From NCBI GenBank assembly GCA_964247055.1, contig OZ176053.1:2480001-2544000 (forward strand): a stretch of DNA of 64,000 nucleotides. Direction: 5' to 3'. The notes beneath the pieces are model-generated. The model saw only the letters and a program-made list of their open reading frames with translations. It was not told the DNA's origin and did not search any database. Source of the DNA: Paragordius varius. Taxonomy: Eukaryota; Animalia; Nematomorpha. How positions within the stretch are numbered: position 1 is the stretch's first letter; every line of letters starts with the position of its first letter. The position numbers and the translations under genes were made by a program. Positions 50,774-63,667 of this stretch are shown here, in pieces.

Positions 50774-53700
50774 TCATTTATCGACTAATGATAATTGCAA
50801 AGCTTTATGATAATCATCATTTAGGGCTAAATTTTGGATATTCATTTCATATTCTAAGCGTGATAATTGAAGTACTCTTTCTAATTCTTCATCATCCTAT
50901 GAATGTTAATATTTTTAAAAATTTAATTAAAATTTATACGGACAAAACGTAAATTTATAAAACACAAATATTTTTTTGATTTTTGTTTTTTTTTGTAATA
51001 TAACTTACTCATTGTTATGCATTACAAAGTATGATATAGAGATGTGAGCTAACTGATAATATATTAAATTATGTATTTTACAATTATAATTCCATAAAAA
51101 TAGAAAATTCAAAAAATATGGTTGACATTATTAAAAAATGTTTTTTACGTTTTGTCATATTATGAATAAATTTGTATACTTCAGTAGGTAATGATTTTGT
51201 ATTCCGCAAATCACAATTCTTGTTTTGAGTTTTGGTTCCAAGCGCTTCCCATACAGTTAACTTTTCATTTTCAGTACCCTGTTTATCATCATCAAAGTTA
51301 TTTGACGATTGCATAGAACCTTAATTAGAAAGAAAATTATTGTCAATATAAATATATACTAAAAAGTTGTAATATGAAAAGTAAAAAGATATTTTTGGAT
51401 AAGGTTTTCTTTAATCAGTGGTATTCAGCAAAAAAAATTCAAAAGGTCCAATTTTTTATTCTTCAGAAGCCATGATACCAATAGGTATATCATAATTATT
51501 ACTCTAAAAAATTATTTCCAATAAATAAATCAGGGCCATAAAAAAGCACTTTTAGGGCCGCGGTTTAAGTATACCACTGGTCTCCCTTAAGATAAAACCT
51601 TATGCTTTCTACTAAAAAATAAATTTGTAAAAATTTATTTTGCGCCTGATCAAAATTAATAAAGTACGTACCAATATTAGTGTTGGAAGCTGAAAGGTTG
51701 CTTGGGTGGTAAGGAAATCCTTGTTGACTACTTGTGGAATCATCTATAAGAAATAAATGAAAAAAAAATGATTGTCTTAAAAAAAATAAATTTTGTTCAC
51801 CGTGTCGATATGATTAACAATGACTACAATTTTTACAAAAAATAATTTAAACTTTTTATATAATATTTTCATATGTAATAAAAAAAGGTGAGTAACGATA
51901 TAAATTTTTATGGTATAAGAATTCAAAGTTGTAAAATTTCGATAACTTTTCTGTCATAGTGTCTCAATTTAATGTTAACACCATAAAAACTAATTTAATA
52001 TAAAATTTAATTGACTATAACTGCTTTATATAAATGCATTTTGAAGCGGTCAAACCCCGTTTATATTTCGTTACAATTTAATTGCAAACAATATAATTTA
52101 ATAATTTATGTTATTCCGCATAATTCGACATTTTTAATCAATCATAAGATGGAATAAATTTATATTTAAAAATTATATTTGTATACTTGAAATGTCCGTA
52201 TATCCGGGTGGTATGTTAAATATAGAAGAATCAATTATACAGGAGGAACTATTTTGAGATGTATGAGCAGCATCGGATTGAATATGATAAACACCATATA
52301 CACTTGTATCCTTGGCACAAATGTTTCCAAACGTTATCCGTGCATTCAAAACATGAAATAATGGAATTTCTATTACCCAATAAAAAATTTTTTATAACGT
52401 TGTTAATAAAATTGTTTAAAAATATGACATACCCTAAAATGGATATCTAACTTATTTGAAATTAGTATAATTTTTTAAAAGAAAAATGAGACTATATTTT
52501 ACCAATTTTAACTGGGAAACCCGGTGGTAATTGCAAAGTAATAAACTCCTTAAGCTTGATGATGTGAGGGTTACTTTTTGGCATCAAATCAATGATTGGT
52601 ATAATCTAAATATATAAGCACATTCTAACATATTTTATATAAAACCTTTAAAAACGAAAATAAGCGCTCCCTTTAAATTTTTGCCTAACTTTTATTTTGC
52701 ACAATTTTTGTATCATTTATTTCGTGACGACTGTTGATAACTGCAGATTATCATTTAAACTTTTTTGGCCATACAAAATATGAAAAATTTTATAGTAGGT
52801 ATGAAAATATCTGTTTAATATAATAGTTAAACTATCCATTTATTATATACAAAAAACGGACAAAAACCATTAAAATATTTATAAATTAAAGCACGCACAT
52901 CCTAATAAATTATATTATTAATGGATACACACTGCTTTTTTGCAATCTAGCTATCATATTTAATGATTATAGTATAAACAATAACTAAAATGTAATGTAA
53001 CACCCTTATAATATCTTTTCTTCTTTAGACGAAAAAATTAAAGCAAAAAATTTAAAAACGGTAACATGCAATAATATAAAAATCAAAAAAAATTCTGTGC
53101 CAAAAATATACGGTGTATAGCAGATGAAAGTTGTAATTTTTAATTAACAACAAGCTTATAATTAAATATTTTTTTGGTATTTGTATGGCGGACCTTATTG
53201 ATAAATCTAATTATGACTTAAAGTGTTCAAAACAGAAGGTGAGGTATAATATTAATGTTAGAACAGCGTCAATAAAAGGAAAAGAAAGGTAAAAGAACCA
53301 AAGATATGAGATAATAATTTTTACTCAAACTAAATATCTATAATAACGTATCAAAAAAGTTACATGAGACATATAATTTTATTTAGACTTAACATACAAA
53401 GTTTACATTTAAAATCAACCTGGTCTTGTAGAGAAAGTGGACACTCTTCGGAAAGCCAAATGGTAGCTCTAAATTTTCGAGATTTATTAACAATTTCTTT
53501 CTTAAGTCGACCTATGTGCCTTTTCGTATGCCTTATTTTATCACTTTTTAAACTATGTTGACCATTATCATTAACCATAAACGATTGAGGGTGATTATTA
53601 GCATTGAACATTGATTTAAGTTTCGTTTTATAATCGGTCGATTTAACCTCATTACTCGGATGATAGTTACTGTTTGAGTTTATAAAATTTTGATTTTGTC

Positions 53701-56700
53701 CCCGTGGGCATGGATTAGTGTTGAACGATGAAACCATTTCATAATTTGCAATGTATTGTTCGAATGTAAGATTATATGGATTGTATATGGGATCAATTTC
53801 ATTTTTTACAGCAGTCTCATTAGTTGTTGTGATGGTATGATTGGTATCAACGAGGTATTCATCACAATCAATATGGCATTTATTATTAACTGAATCATCA
53901 CAGTTTAAAGCCGTAATTTGAGAGTTATTTGTCAAATTTACCGCTTCAGAGTCATAATTTTTGGTTGAGTTTTCTGAATTAACACAAGGAAAGGTATCAC
54001 AAGTATCTACAAAAACTTCGCCATCATCATCATTATCTATTAAAAAAGTAAAAAAAATAATTTAAACATTAACAACTAAGGATTAAATTCATTTCAGTAA
54101 GTTTGATGTTAATTTTTTTTGAAACCCAGTAAAAGGGGCGAATAATATAATTAGTTAATACTCAAAACTTTTGTATACCGTTAAAAATAATAGAAAATAT
54201 TTTATTTAAAAATTTGTTGCACAGCTTCTTTATATGGTTAATATTTACAAAAAGCAGTTTAGAAACATTTTAAAAAAAGATACGGAAATATTTCTACGGT
54301 ATACAACAAACTATACATTTCAAAAACAGGGATGGGTTAAATTCTTAATTAAATAATGGTAATTACTAAGCAATATATGGTTTCTATATAATTAAATTGC
54401 AGTATGTATTTCAATGGTTGCTTATTTCACACTTTAGTTCGGCAATTTGTAACACAGTAGTGTATGGAAAAAAAGAAAGGAATCAATTGTGTAGTTGCAA
54501 ATTGTCCAACTAGAGTGTGAGATAAGCAACCATTAAATGCATACTGTAAATGGCCATTTCCATCAATAAAATTACTTTATTTTTTTATATATATACCTGA
54601 TTAAAATACTTAAGATACTAACTGCCCCTATCACCTATACTATAAAGCCAAGATATAAAATTAATTATATCTATCCCTAAATGTAGTTTTTTTATTTTTT
54701 TTGAATATCAGATTAACGCAAAAATATATAGATTATCGTGCTTAAAAATCCCTAAATATTAACATATTATTTAAAATCATTAGATTGTTATGAAGATCTT
54801 ATTAAACTAACCAGTTAGTTCTACAAAATTTAGTAAGCCAAAAATAAATCACAAGAAAAATTAAATAATAAAAAAATTTAAATTTTATTAACATACTTTC
54901 TTCTGAATCATTAAATAGTAATGTTTGAACGTTATTTTCATTCTTATTTTGTTGCAAAGATCTTTTTATCGAATCATTGGAATTCTTAATATTCAGCGCA
55001 TTTTGAATTAAATCATTTTCTATACTATCATCGTTTGTTGTACTACCCATTGAAAGGGACAAAAATGAATCAATTGAAGATTTTGAATTGATTTTATTTT
55101 GTTCACATACTGTATATACATATATATTACAGTCATGTATCCTTTATTTTATCAAATTATTTTCTTTCGTTAAATGGGTATAAATATTTGGTAAAGAATG
55201 GAAAAAACAAGAGCTCTATGGTAGTAACAATATCATATTCATCAAAAAAGTAAAAGAATTACCATAGAGCTCTTGTTTTTTTCATTCTTTACCAAATATG
55301 TATAAAAATAAATATTTGATAAAATAAAGGATACATGACTGTAAATTGAATTAAATTATAATGAAAAGTAACTATAGCACGGCACGCTTTATAATAAACT
55401 AATAGTTTTCAAAATTTATAATGTTAGATATCGTCATTTTTTAGCATTTCAATATTTTCGCTTTTTTTTAAAATAAGCTTAATTAAGTTGCGTGTAATGT
55501 ATCTCAAAAAATGTATTTCATAATGAGTCAAACATGTTTTTATTTGTTTAGGTAAATATCCGTAGGATAATTATTTAATATATTTATATTTTGTATTGGA
55601 AAAAAGAGTTTGTTATCATTTAAACAATGAGCAAGTTTTAAAAAAATTATGAGTGATGGTTGACTTCATAAAATACAGTATGCATTTAAATGGTTGCTTA
55701 TTCCACACTATAGTAGGCCAATTTTCAACACAGGAGTGTATGGATAAAAGAAAAAAAATAATTCTTTATTTATTTTTCCATACATTAGTGTGTTGCAAAT
55801 TACCCAACTATAGTGTGGAACACGCAACCATTATTTTGTAAATTCATCTAATTGGTGATTTTAAAGAAACAATCAACGCAAAAATTCAAATAAGTATTAA
55901 TGATTAGGTTCGATTCTTTCTAAAAAATTTCTATCATAAAAGATATAAATAAGTTACTATCGTTATGAGAACTGGCAGAATTTATATGATTTTCCTCGTG
56001 ATTTGCACAAACGGTTGTTGTAGTATCTAAAACAGTTTTAAACCCAAAAAGTGTATTAAGTATCCCCATGTCATATATAAAGCCTGTATTTTGTCTTAAT
56101 CGCTGACGAGCGCTTTCATCTAAATGTTCACATCGTGTTTTAGTAATGAGTTCGGCATTTAAAATATCGTAAACCTGAATTTGATAAAAAAAATGTTTGA
56201 TAGAAAGAAAAAGTTAAAAATTAGCAAAAAAATGATTGAAAAAATAAGTAAAAAGTACAGTAAAAATGGAAATTATACGGACAAAACGTAAAAATATAAA
56301 GGCAAATTTTTTCAAAAGTCAACCACACTTTTTTAAACCTTGATTATTCTTAGATTAAGTATTTAATTGACACTGTAAAATATATGATTGATTATGTTAC
56401 CAATATATATCCCTCTTTCAGACTTTGCAATTTTAAACAAGTTATAATTAAAAAAAATCGAGATTAAAAAAGCTGGTTGTTGTCTTTTGGAAAAATTTGT
56501 CTTTGTATTTTTGCGTTTTGTCCGTATAATACCAATTTTTACTGTAAAAAAATTAATATGTAAATTTGTTTGTTGTGAAACAAAATCATAATCTAAGCGA
56601 GTTTTGCATCGGTGGAAAAAAATGTAATGTTGGGCAATCTGCAACACAGTAGTGTCAGGAAAAAATAACAAAATGTTGAATAAACAATTATTTCTTTTTT

Positions 56701-57112
56701 TTCTATACACTACTGAGTTGCAAATTTCCCAACTTCGAAGCAACCATTAAAATGTTAATTATATGGTTCAAAAAATATGGTTGTCTCTCTTATATTTAAT
56801 TTCAATTTTCACTTTAATTTATGGTATAAAATGTAAAAAAAAATTTATTTTGGCAATCAGAAAATAATATTATCCGCAAATAATATATATAATATAATAT
56901 ATATATATATATATATATTGTGTGTATCAATAAACATTTATATATATCATAACGATATGTTATATTAATAACAATTAAAGATATGATTTTTAGTATAATA
57001 GGTATAAAAATTTACTGTAATCTAACTAACTAATTAATATATCCTTAAAAGTTTTTTTGATAAACCTTTTACATTTATATTTTTCACTTCAATTCCACCC
57101 CAATATATTATT

Positions 57113-57152
<40 letters not shown>

Positions 57153-59173
57153 AAACTAAACCATCAATATATATAATCTTTGTTTTTGGGGTAAATTACC
57201 ATTTTTCCTTGCCTTTAGACTTCAATTTATAATTATAAACCTAATAATAGCATATTTAAATCTTGTGTATATTAAGCACAATTTTATAAACCAAAACTAA
57301 GCACAACTAATGATCATATGTATAAAATAGATGTGAAACAAAATAAAACCAAAAATAAATTTAATTTTAAGATAAATTAGCCTAAAAATATATATTTATA
57401 GAAAAATTAAATTGTTTTTTATTTATAAATCACCAACAAAAACTTTGATTTGCAATTTTAGAGTAAAAATTGGAATTATACGGATAAGTATGAAAAAGAG
57501 ATGTATATTGATAACACAATCAACGTTATATTTTACAGTGGTATAAATATATACCATTTATAATACAAATTCACCCTTGAACAATTCAAATCCACCCTAA
57601 AAATAAATTATGTGTTTTTGAACTAATATAACTCATTAGTAGTATGAAATACATTGTGGCATAGTTATTTATTTTTTCAGTATAAATTTAATACAAAATT
57701 TTTATTTTTTAAAAATATATAGAAATATTGGTAATTTTTATTCTTAAAAAACATATATTTTAGTTAAGGGTGAATTTGAATTGTAAATGGTATATCTTAT
57801 ATAAAAAAAATAGGTTATGCAAAAAGTATGATTGTTTTATGAAAAATATGTCTTTAGATTTTTACAATTTGTCTTGTAATATAATTAATAAATAATAATT
57901 TGAAAGAATAGTTGTCTTAATTTCCTCTAATTAAAGAGATATAATACTATTTCAATTTTTTAAAAATTAAAATTATTATAAAAAATACCTTGCATTTGTA
58001 ACCATTGATGGATTCCGTTCGATCATCTTTCCATATAAGCCCAGATTTATTTCTTTATTATAAAAGTAATAAATGAATAAATAGATTTTAACTTTTATAT
58101 AATAGGGTAACAAGTTTTGATTGTGATAACAATATCTAATAATTATTAAGCTTTGAAATACTTAAAATTTGTTTAAAAAATAATTTATTACATTTTACAA
58201 TTAAAAATAGATTTTTAAAAAATTTCAAGGTCATAGGTCGTCACTAAAAAAACGGCAATTAAAATCTATGTTTAGCTAAATAAAAAATACAAGAGCAGAG
58301 TTAATTGTTTGAAATTTCTCGCGGACCATAAAAATATTTCGGAGGGCTGAATGCGAACCGCGTGTTAGACCTCCCCTGGTTTAAAATATTACATTTTTTG
58401 TTATAACCAAACTAAAAACATATCTACCTGACAAATTCAATGTTATCAACATCGAGATAAGCCGTGACTAGTGGATTTTTTAACCGTTGTTTTATATAGG
58501 AAGGGTGTGGTTTCATAAGTTCCAGCTCAATCGTTTCCAAAGGGAGTCCCCGTTCATAGACTTCAGTTTTGAAAGTTTTATCGTCATGATTAAGCTCGAG
58601 GAATTTGGTTCCTGCCCCTATTATAAAAAAATCGAAATCAAAAAATAAGGTTGTAAAAAAAGTACATTTTAATTCTGTATCAAGAGTTTTATAATTTAGT
58701 CGGGGTTTAAAATAAAATTTTTCAATACCAAGAATTAAAATTTAATAACCGTTTTTATGATTTCGAGGTTTTTATGCTCCATATTTTTGGAAAAAACGGC
58801 TTAAAACCTAAAAAAATTTGGTGATGCGGTTCTAAACATTTTTTTAACAAAGACAATTTTTATCATAATTCCATTGTGTACCTTGTCAAATGAAATTGAT
58901 TCAATTTAATATTTGATTTTACAAGGAAGGAAAAAGTCACAAAACAAAGTATTGATAATAATTTTGGAAAATATAAGATATAAGGTTTTATTTAAGATTC
59001 GATTGAAGAAAAAAATTAGATTTTTAAAAAAACATGAGTTTATGAAAGTGCCATTTCAAAACAAATTAAAACCAATCTTTTCGTTTATAATAATAAAGAA
59101 AATTACCATTAATACCTCAAATAATTTTTTTAAAAAAAATGTGATTATAGCCTTCCTTGTCTTGCCTTTTACC

Positions 59174-59208
<35 letters not shown>

Positions 59209-61063
59209 ATTTGCTATATTTAATCAAATAGAGTCGTATATAATTAAACATTTTTATAATTGAACATTAAGTATATATACAATATTCTAATCGTTTAATA
59301 CAACTTATGATTCAAATATTTCGATCAATTTCACATTAAAATTATAAGAAATACAGTATCGGGCATAAAATAATATTAGTCCATATGAAAATAAAAAATG
59401 TTTTGTGTATATACAACTAGGCTTGCTTTTTTAAAAAAAACATTTTTTTATTCTTTTATGGACTAATATTGTTTTATGCCATACGCTACTGTATAACATG
59501 AAATATATTACTCATGCTATAAAAGATCTGTATTTACAAGTTAACTTAAATAATTTTTTAATGCTAATACAATGAATCCTTTTTCATTTTTAAAAATTTC
59601 GCCAATGATAAAATTATTATTTTTTGAATTATAAGAAAAGATCAAAAAAATAGTTATAAAAATATTTTAAATTTTTAATTTTTTCAAGAACAGTATTTTA
59701 AATAAACTTAAATAAAAATGGTATAAAAATCAATTAAACTATATATTATTACCAGAACCGTGAAAGATATAGGATTTATTTCCTCGACTAAAACCTTGGT
59801 CATGGAAATCAAGTAAGGTGGAATCAATTCTAACATGAGGGCCTAATAAATTCAAATTAGATAATCATAAACTATTTATCAAATTTTGGGGTAGTTTTTA
59901 GCCCCCAGGGCATTTACTATAATCGGATATTGGGACAAATTTTAAATAAAAATTCTGGGGCCATTATATTAATGATTTTTGAAGTGGAAAAATGAAAATA
60001 AATTCTTTTGATAGCTAAAATTAAGATGTGAAAAAGTGGTGGTCAACATGCGGCGAGAAATTCTATGCGGCCAGGGAAAAATTTGAATTCATAATTTGCA
60101 AAAATATGTTGACAAAATATTGCCTAAATTGATATTCCTCAGAGATTTTTTAAATAAGTCTATCGAAATAGCAAGATGGAGAATTTGCATTGGATTAGTT
60201 ATATTATATATTTAATCCATATATATTGCGAATGCGGCTCGGAAAGCTGTTTTGGACACCCGTAGCTTAAAATAAAATGAATTAACGTTAAAATTTATAA
60301 TGATCATATTTTAATAGTAATTTTTCGATATTTGATTATAAAAATATTTAGGGGCTTTCTAAATCTTACACACTGAAGCGTTCGGAAAATAAAAGATATA
60401 TAAAATAAAGTGTAATGATTTATCGTATTTAAGCACAAAGCACCTATATATAATTTTTAAGGGCGTAAAACTATGATAAAATGTGTCTTAAAAAGTCAAA
60501 CAATATTGAATGTATATTGTACCTGATTTCCAAATTTTACAGGTATCACTTGGACAAAATCGGGAAACAAAGGGAACTATGACATGTTAGGTAATTAAAT
60601 TTACTTAGACTAGAAAATTCCCATTTCATTTCAAAATAAAAATCAGGAGCGTCATTAATGGCTTTTAAGATGCGTGGTATCGTTTCCATTTCTTTGACAT
60701 AACGCTGATAATAACGATATTGCATTAATAGTTGCAAGAGTTTTGGATCACCTATACTGATTGCTTCATGTATGACTATTAAAATATAAAAATTATAAAT
60801 ATACTAGACCAACCATCTTTACTAAGCGTATCAACAACACTAGCTCCAGCCTCTAATAAAATTTTAACGGAATCATATCGGTTGAGTAAAACGGCCAATT
60901 CAAGCGGTGTTTGACCAAACTGATTAGATAAATCGATATTGCACTATGGAAATTATAAAATGTTTTAAACCTCATTTTTGAGTAATTTTTGCAATAACTT
61001 ATTATCATTATTCCAAACGGCGAAATGTAAAGGGTATTGGGCAAAAACTTTGGAAGGGATCAT
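50774..61063 (-). CDS. ANKRD13: Ankyrin repeat domain-containing protein 13 family (ANK repeats, GPCR-chaperone-like domain, C-terminal UIMs), 15 exons, 822 aa
   Basis: Exons on the - strand (2469 nt, phases close): 61063-60971, 60943-60805, 60775-60605, 60576-60523, 59842-59753, 58617-58428, 58052-57989, 56174-55958, 55109-54897, 54036-53420, 52605-52503, 52369-52187, 51743-51672, 51319-51180, 50896-50774. Motifs: [98 protein letters not shown], and the UIM-like ELERVLQLSRLE and YHKALQLSLVDK. The paralog (A/B/D) is not assignable. Confidence 0.93.
54400..54546. mobile_element. MITE family E
   Basis: CAGTATGTATTTCAATGGTTGCTTATTTCACAC ... GTGTGAGATAAGCAACCATTAAATGCATACTG|TA. Confidence 0.8.
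55130..55341. mobile_element. TA-flanked CAGTC MITE, near-perfect hairpin of about 212 bp
   Basis: Perfect 28-bp TIR CAGTCATGTATCCTTTATTTTATCAAAT plus an inner IR of about 40 bp (TGGTAAAGAATG...AACAAGAGCTCTATGGTA). Confidence 0.85.
55676..55833. mobile_element. MITE family E (right tip eroded); a further partial copy is at about 56626-56755
   Basis: TA|CAGTATGCATTTAAATGGTTGCTTATTCCACACTATAGT ... ACTATAGTGTGGAACACGCAACCATT. Confidence 0.78.
56258..56544. mobile_element. MITE family D, about 287 bp
   Basis: TA|CAGTAAAAATGGAAATTATACGGACAAAACG ... CGTTTTGTCCGTATAATACCAATTTTTACTG|TA. Single-TIR relics also occur near 24835-25125, 40930-40990 and 50930. Confidence 0.85.
57114..57150. repeat. (TA)n microsatellite; similar tracts at about 14398, 17843, 20858, 22495, 23188, 25725, 28710, 42650, 50612, 56898 and 59178
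   Basis: Read directly. Confidence 0.9.
57548..57795. mobile_element. MITE family B1, short copy
   Basis: TATATACCATTTATAATACAAATTCACCC ... GGGTGAATTTGAATTGTAAATGGTATAT. Confidence 0.85.
59354..59491. mobile_element. TA-flanked CAGTA MITE, about 138 bp
   Basis: TA|CAGTA..GGCATAAAATAATATTAGTCCATA ... TATGGACTAATATTGTTTTATGCC..TACTG|TA. Confidence 0.75.
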
Positions 61064-62175
61064 AATTCACCTGGTCCCTAACCCATTTATGTTAAGGCAT
61101 ATGAGTTAAATAACTGGCTTTTATAGCGTTATAAAGCAGTTTTAAAAATATTTTATCCTGTTTTTGGGCAGTTAAAACTTTTTAACTTATTTTAGAAACT
61201 AGTAACATGTAGCAAAATAGTTTTACCAAATTTTCTATAGACCTTCATTATAATTTTGGGTATTGATAACCCCCACCTGTTTAAAAAATGGTTGATATAA
61301 ATTTCATTAACGCCATTTTAAAGGTGGGTAATTACATATAATTAATGCCCCAATTTATTTGAAAAGACTCTATAGGATCAATCTTAAGGCAATAATAAAA
61401 TCAGTTTTCTACAAGAATAATATACAATACAACCATTTTTTTCTGCCTAAATTGATGTTTAGGATTTTTATAAGAATTTAATTATTTAGCTATAGAATCT
61501 AAAAAGCATGATTTTTAGCTAAAATGTTTGAAATAAAAGTGGTGCCGAAGTAAGTGGGTAATTTTTAACTTCATAGTTGGCTTATTAGTTATAAATGCAT
61601 TATATACTTTTCTAACATATCTCTATCAAGTCACAATGACTTAATAAATGTGTCTACATCATTACAGTAATTGTTATATGAGTATTTATAATTAATCTTA
61701 CTATCAGTTATGTCATACCATAAAAAATATAATTATCGGCTAAGTCATTTTCTGACATTATTGAATTTATGTAATCTCATACAATTTTATATACAAATTT
61801 TTTACACTTTAACGGTAGGGTATAAGAGCAAGTTAATTGATCACACTAGACAAAAACTATGACTATTTTAAATGCCATTCTTGTAAATTTTGATTATTTC
61901 ATTAAAGTACTTAAGTGTATGCAAAAAAATGGTCTAACACTTAAGTATGCTTATCGATAATTTTTGGCTCCGATTTAACATTAAACTCGAATTCAAAATT
62001 ACAAGTTTTGAATATATAACAATGTATTTAATATCATTGAAATAAATCAATCATGTAATAGTTATTTGGGTTTATAGGGTCAAAATTTTAAAACCAAAAA
62101 TTTTCAAGAGACTAACTAATTTGAAAATCATATAAATTATTTAAATATAATTTTTAGGGTTATATTAGTATTCAA

Positions 62176-62749
62176 TTAACACTTAGATACATACATTTAT
62201 TTTAGTCCTTCGATTAAAATTGGGGGAGTTGGATAACCCAGGCCTGTTTAAAATTAAATACTCTAAAAACTATTTAAGGAATCAAAACCATGGCAAAATT
62301 TTGGACCTATATAACATTAATAAACCGAAGCATATAAAAAATTTATTAAACAATACTTAATGTTACTTATTTAAATTTAAAACCGAAAGGTAAAAATTTA
62401 GTCAACCTAACATATGTGCATTAGCAAAATTTAAAAAACCACTTTTTCTATTTCTATCAATGATAAATGTAATTTATACAAAATAGCTTTAATTTTGACG
62501 TTAGAATCAAATAAACACGATATTTTGCAAAAATTTTGTAAAATAAAATGGGCCGAAGTAGATTGACATGGAACTTTTTTTTTCAAAACAAAATTTTATT
62601 TAGATATCTTGGCTTTTTATATAATTTTTATTAGGAGAGAAGCATAAATTTAAATTGGGACTGCTTCCTTCATTAGTTTTAAAAATACAAATTTAAATTT
62701 ATTTTTATTCTGGGGTATTTAGATACCCCAAATTGAATCAATGTGTTAA
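62176..62749 (+). mobile_element. MITE family A, near-complete copy
   Basis: TTAACACTTAGATAC...; right end CTGGGGTATTTAGATACCCCAAATTGAATCAATGTGTTAA. Confidence 0.85.
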
Positions 62750-62959
62750 AACAAAATCTTCAAAAAAGCCTTTGGTTTTTTTAATTAAAATTATTATTAT
62801 CATAATCTTTTTATTTAGTAGAGAATAAAATGTATAGTTATAACTGTAAGTTTATTGCATGGCTATAAAAGATCAAGAATACCTTAAATCAAATTTTTGT
62901 CATCAAATTTTGAAATTATAAAATTAATTAATATTGATAAGATGGTATTTTTTCAAAAA

Positions 62960-63430
62960 CAAAGAACTCAAAAATGGCTGTTTTGAGTGACATAAAAACG
63001 ATAAAAAATGTTTTCATCAAAAAAAACTTTCTTGTATTATCTTTTTTGGACATTCATCATCATGTAAACAAAGTTTGAGCTATTTTAATCCACTAGTTTT
63101 AAAAATATAATAATTAAAAAATATGCTCTCCCTTCGCGCGTTTGTCGCTCTTTGTGTCCAATATTAACTCTCGATGTAATACATATTAGTGTGCATTTTA
63201 TAGAGTTTTCATTTATCTTTCGAATGATATATTACAAATGGGCCTTTGGTATATTTTTATAGAAAAACATTTTTTAGTAAAATTTTGATGAAGAGGGCGC
63301 ATAATCAAAAAAATTAAATTATACAAAATTCTTAGGTAGAATTATTGATTTGGATTTACTGTAAAAATATACTAAATATCAAAAAATGCTAAAGAACTTG
63401 AGTGGCAGAAAAATTTGTTGTCTAGTGTTA
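62960..63430. repeat. Dispersed repeat family G, second copy
   Basis: Reverse complement of 38040-38530 (ATGCTCTCCCTTCGCGCGTTTGTCGCTCTTT). Confidence 0.8.
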
Positions 63431-63667
63431 TGATCCGCAAATAAATATGGATTTTTTCATATACCCTTTCAAAAAAATTTTAAGCGATATGGTACCTTAG
63501 GTTTTCAAAAAATGTTTAACCATAGAAGAGGATTTCGGAAAGTTTCTATCTATGATCTATAGAGGAGTTCAAAAAATTCATTTAAATAAATGGCCTATTT
63601 GGAAGATCAAAAGCATTTTTTTATTTTTATTATAAAAACGTTAAATGATCCTTTTTAGGTGATGAAT

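Noticed and set aside
58428-58617. GC-richer patch first taken for a Helentron/DINE-like fragment
   Set aside because: It is ANKRD13 exon 6 on the - strand (KFLELNHDD...RLKNPLVTAYLDVDNIEFV|RNKSG), with correct splice sites and phases.
58861-58990. ESISFDK / QFHLTR with donor AAG|gtacac as the missing ANKRD13 exon
   Set aside because: No usable upstream acceptor, and the true exon was found at 58617-58428.
60944-60970. Stop-codon readthrough or a non-standard genetic code as an alternative to the 27-nt intron
   Set aside because: The segment has GT...AG ends, adds residues absent from the family alignment, and the two neighbouring interruptions are frameshifting; TAA and TGA act as normal stops in the other genes.
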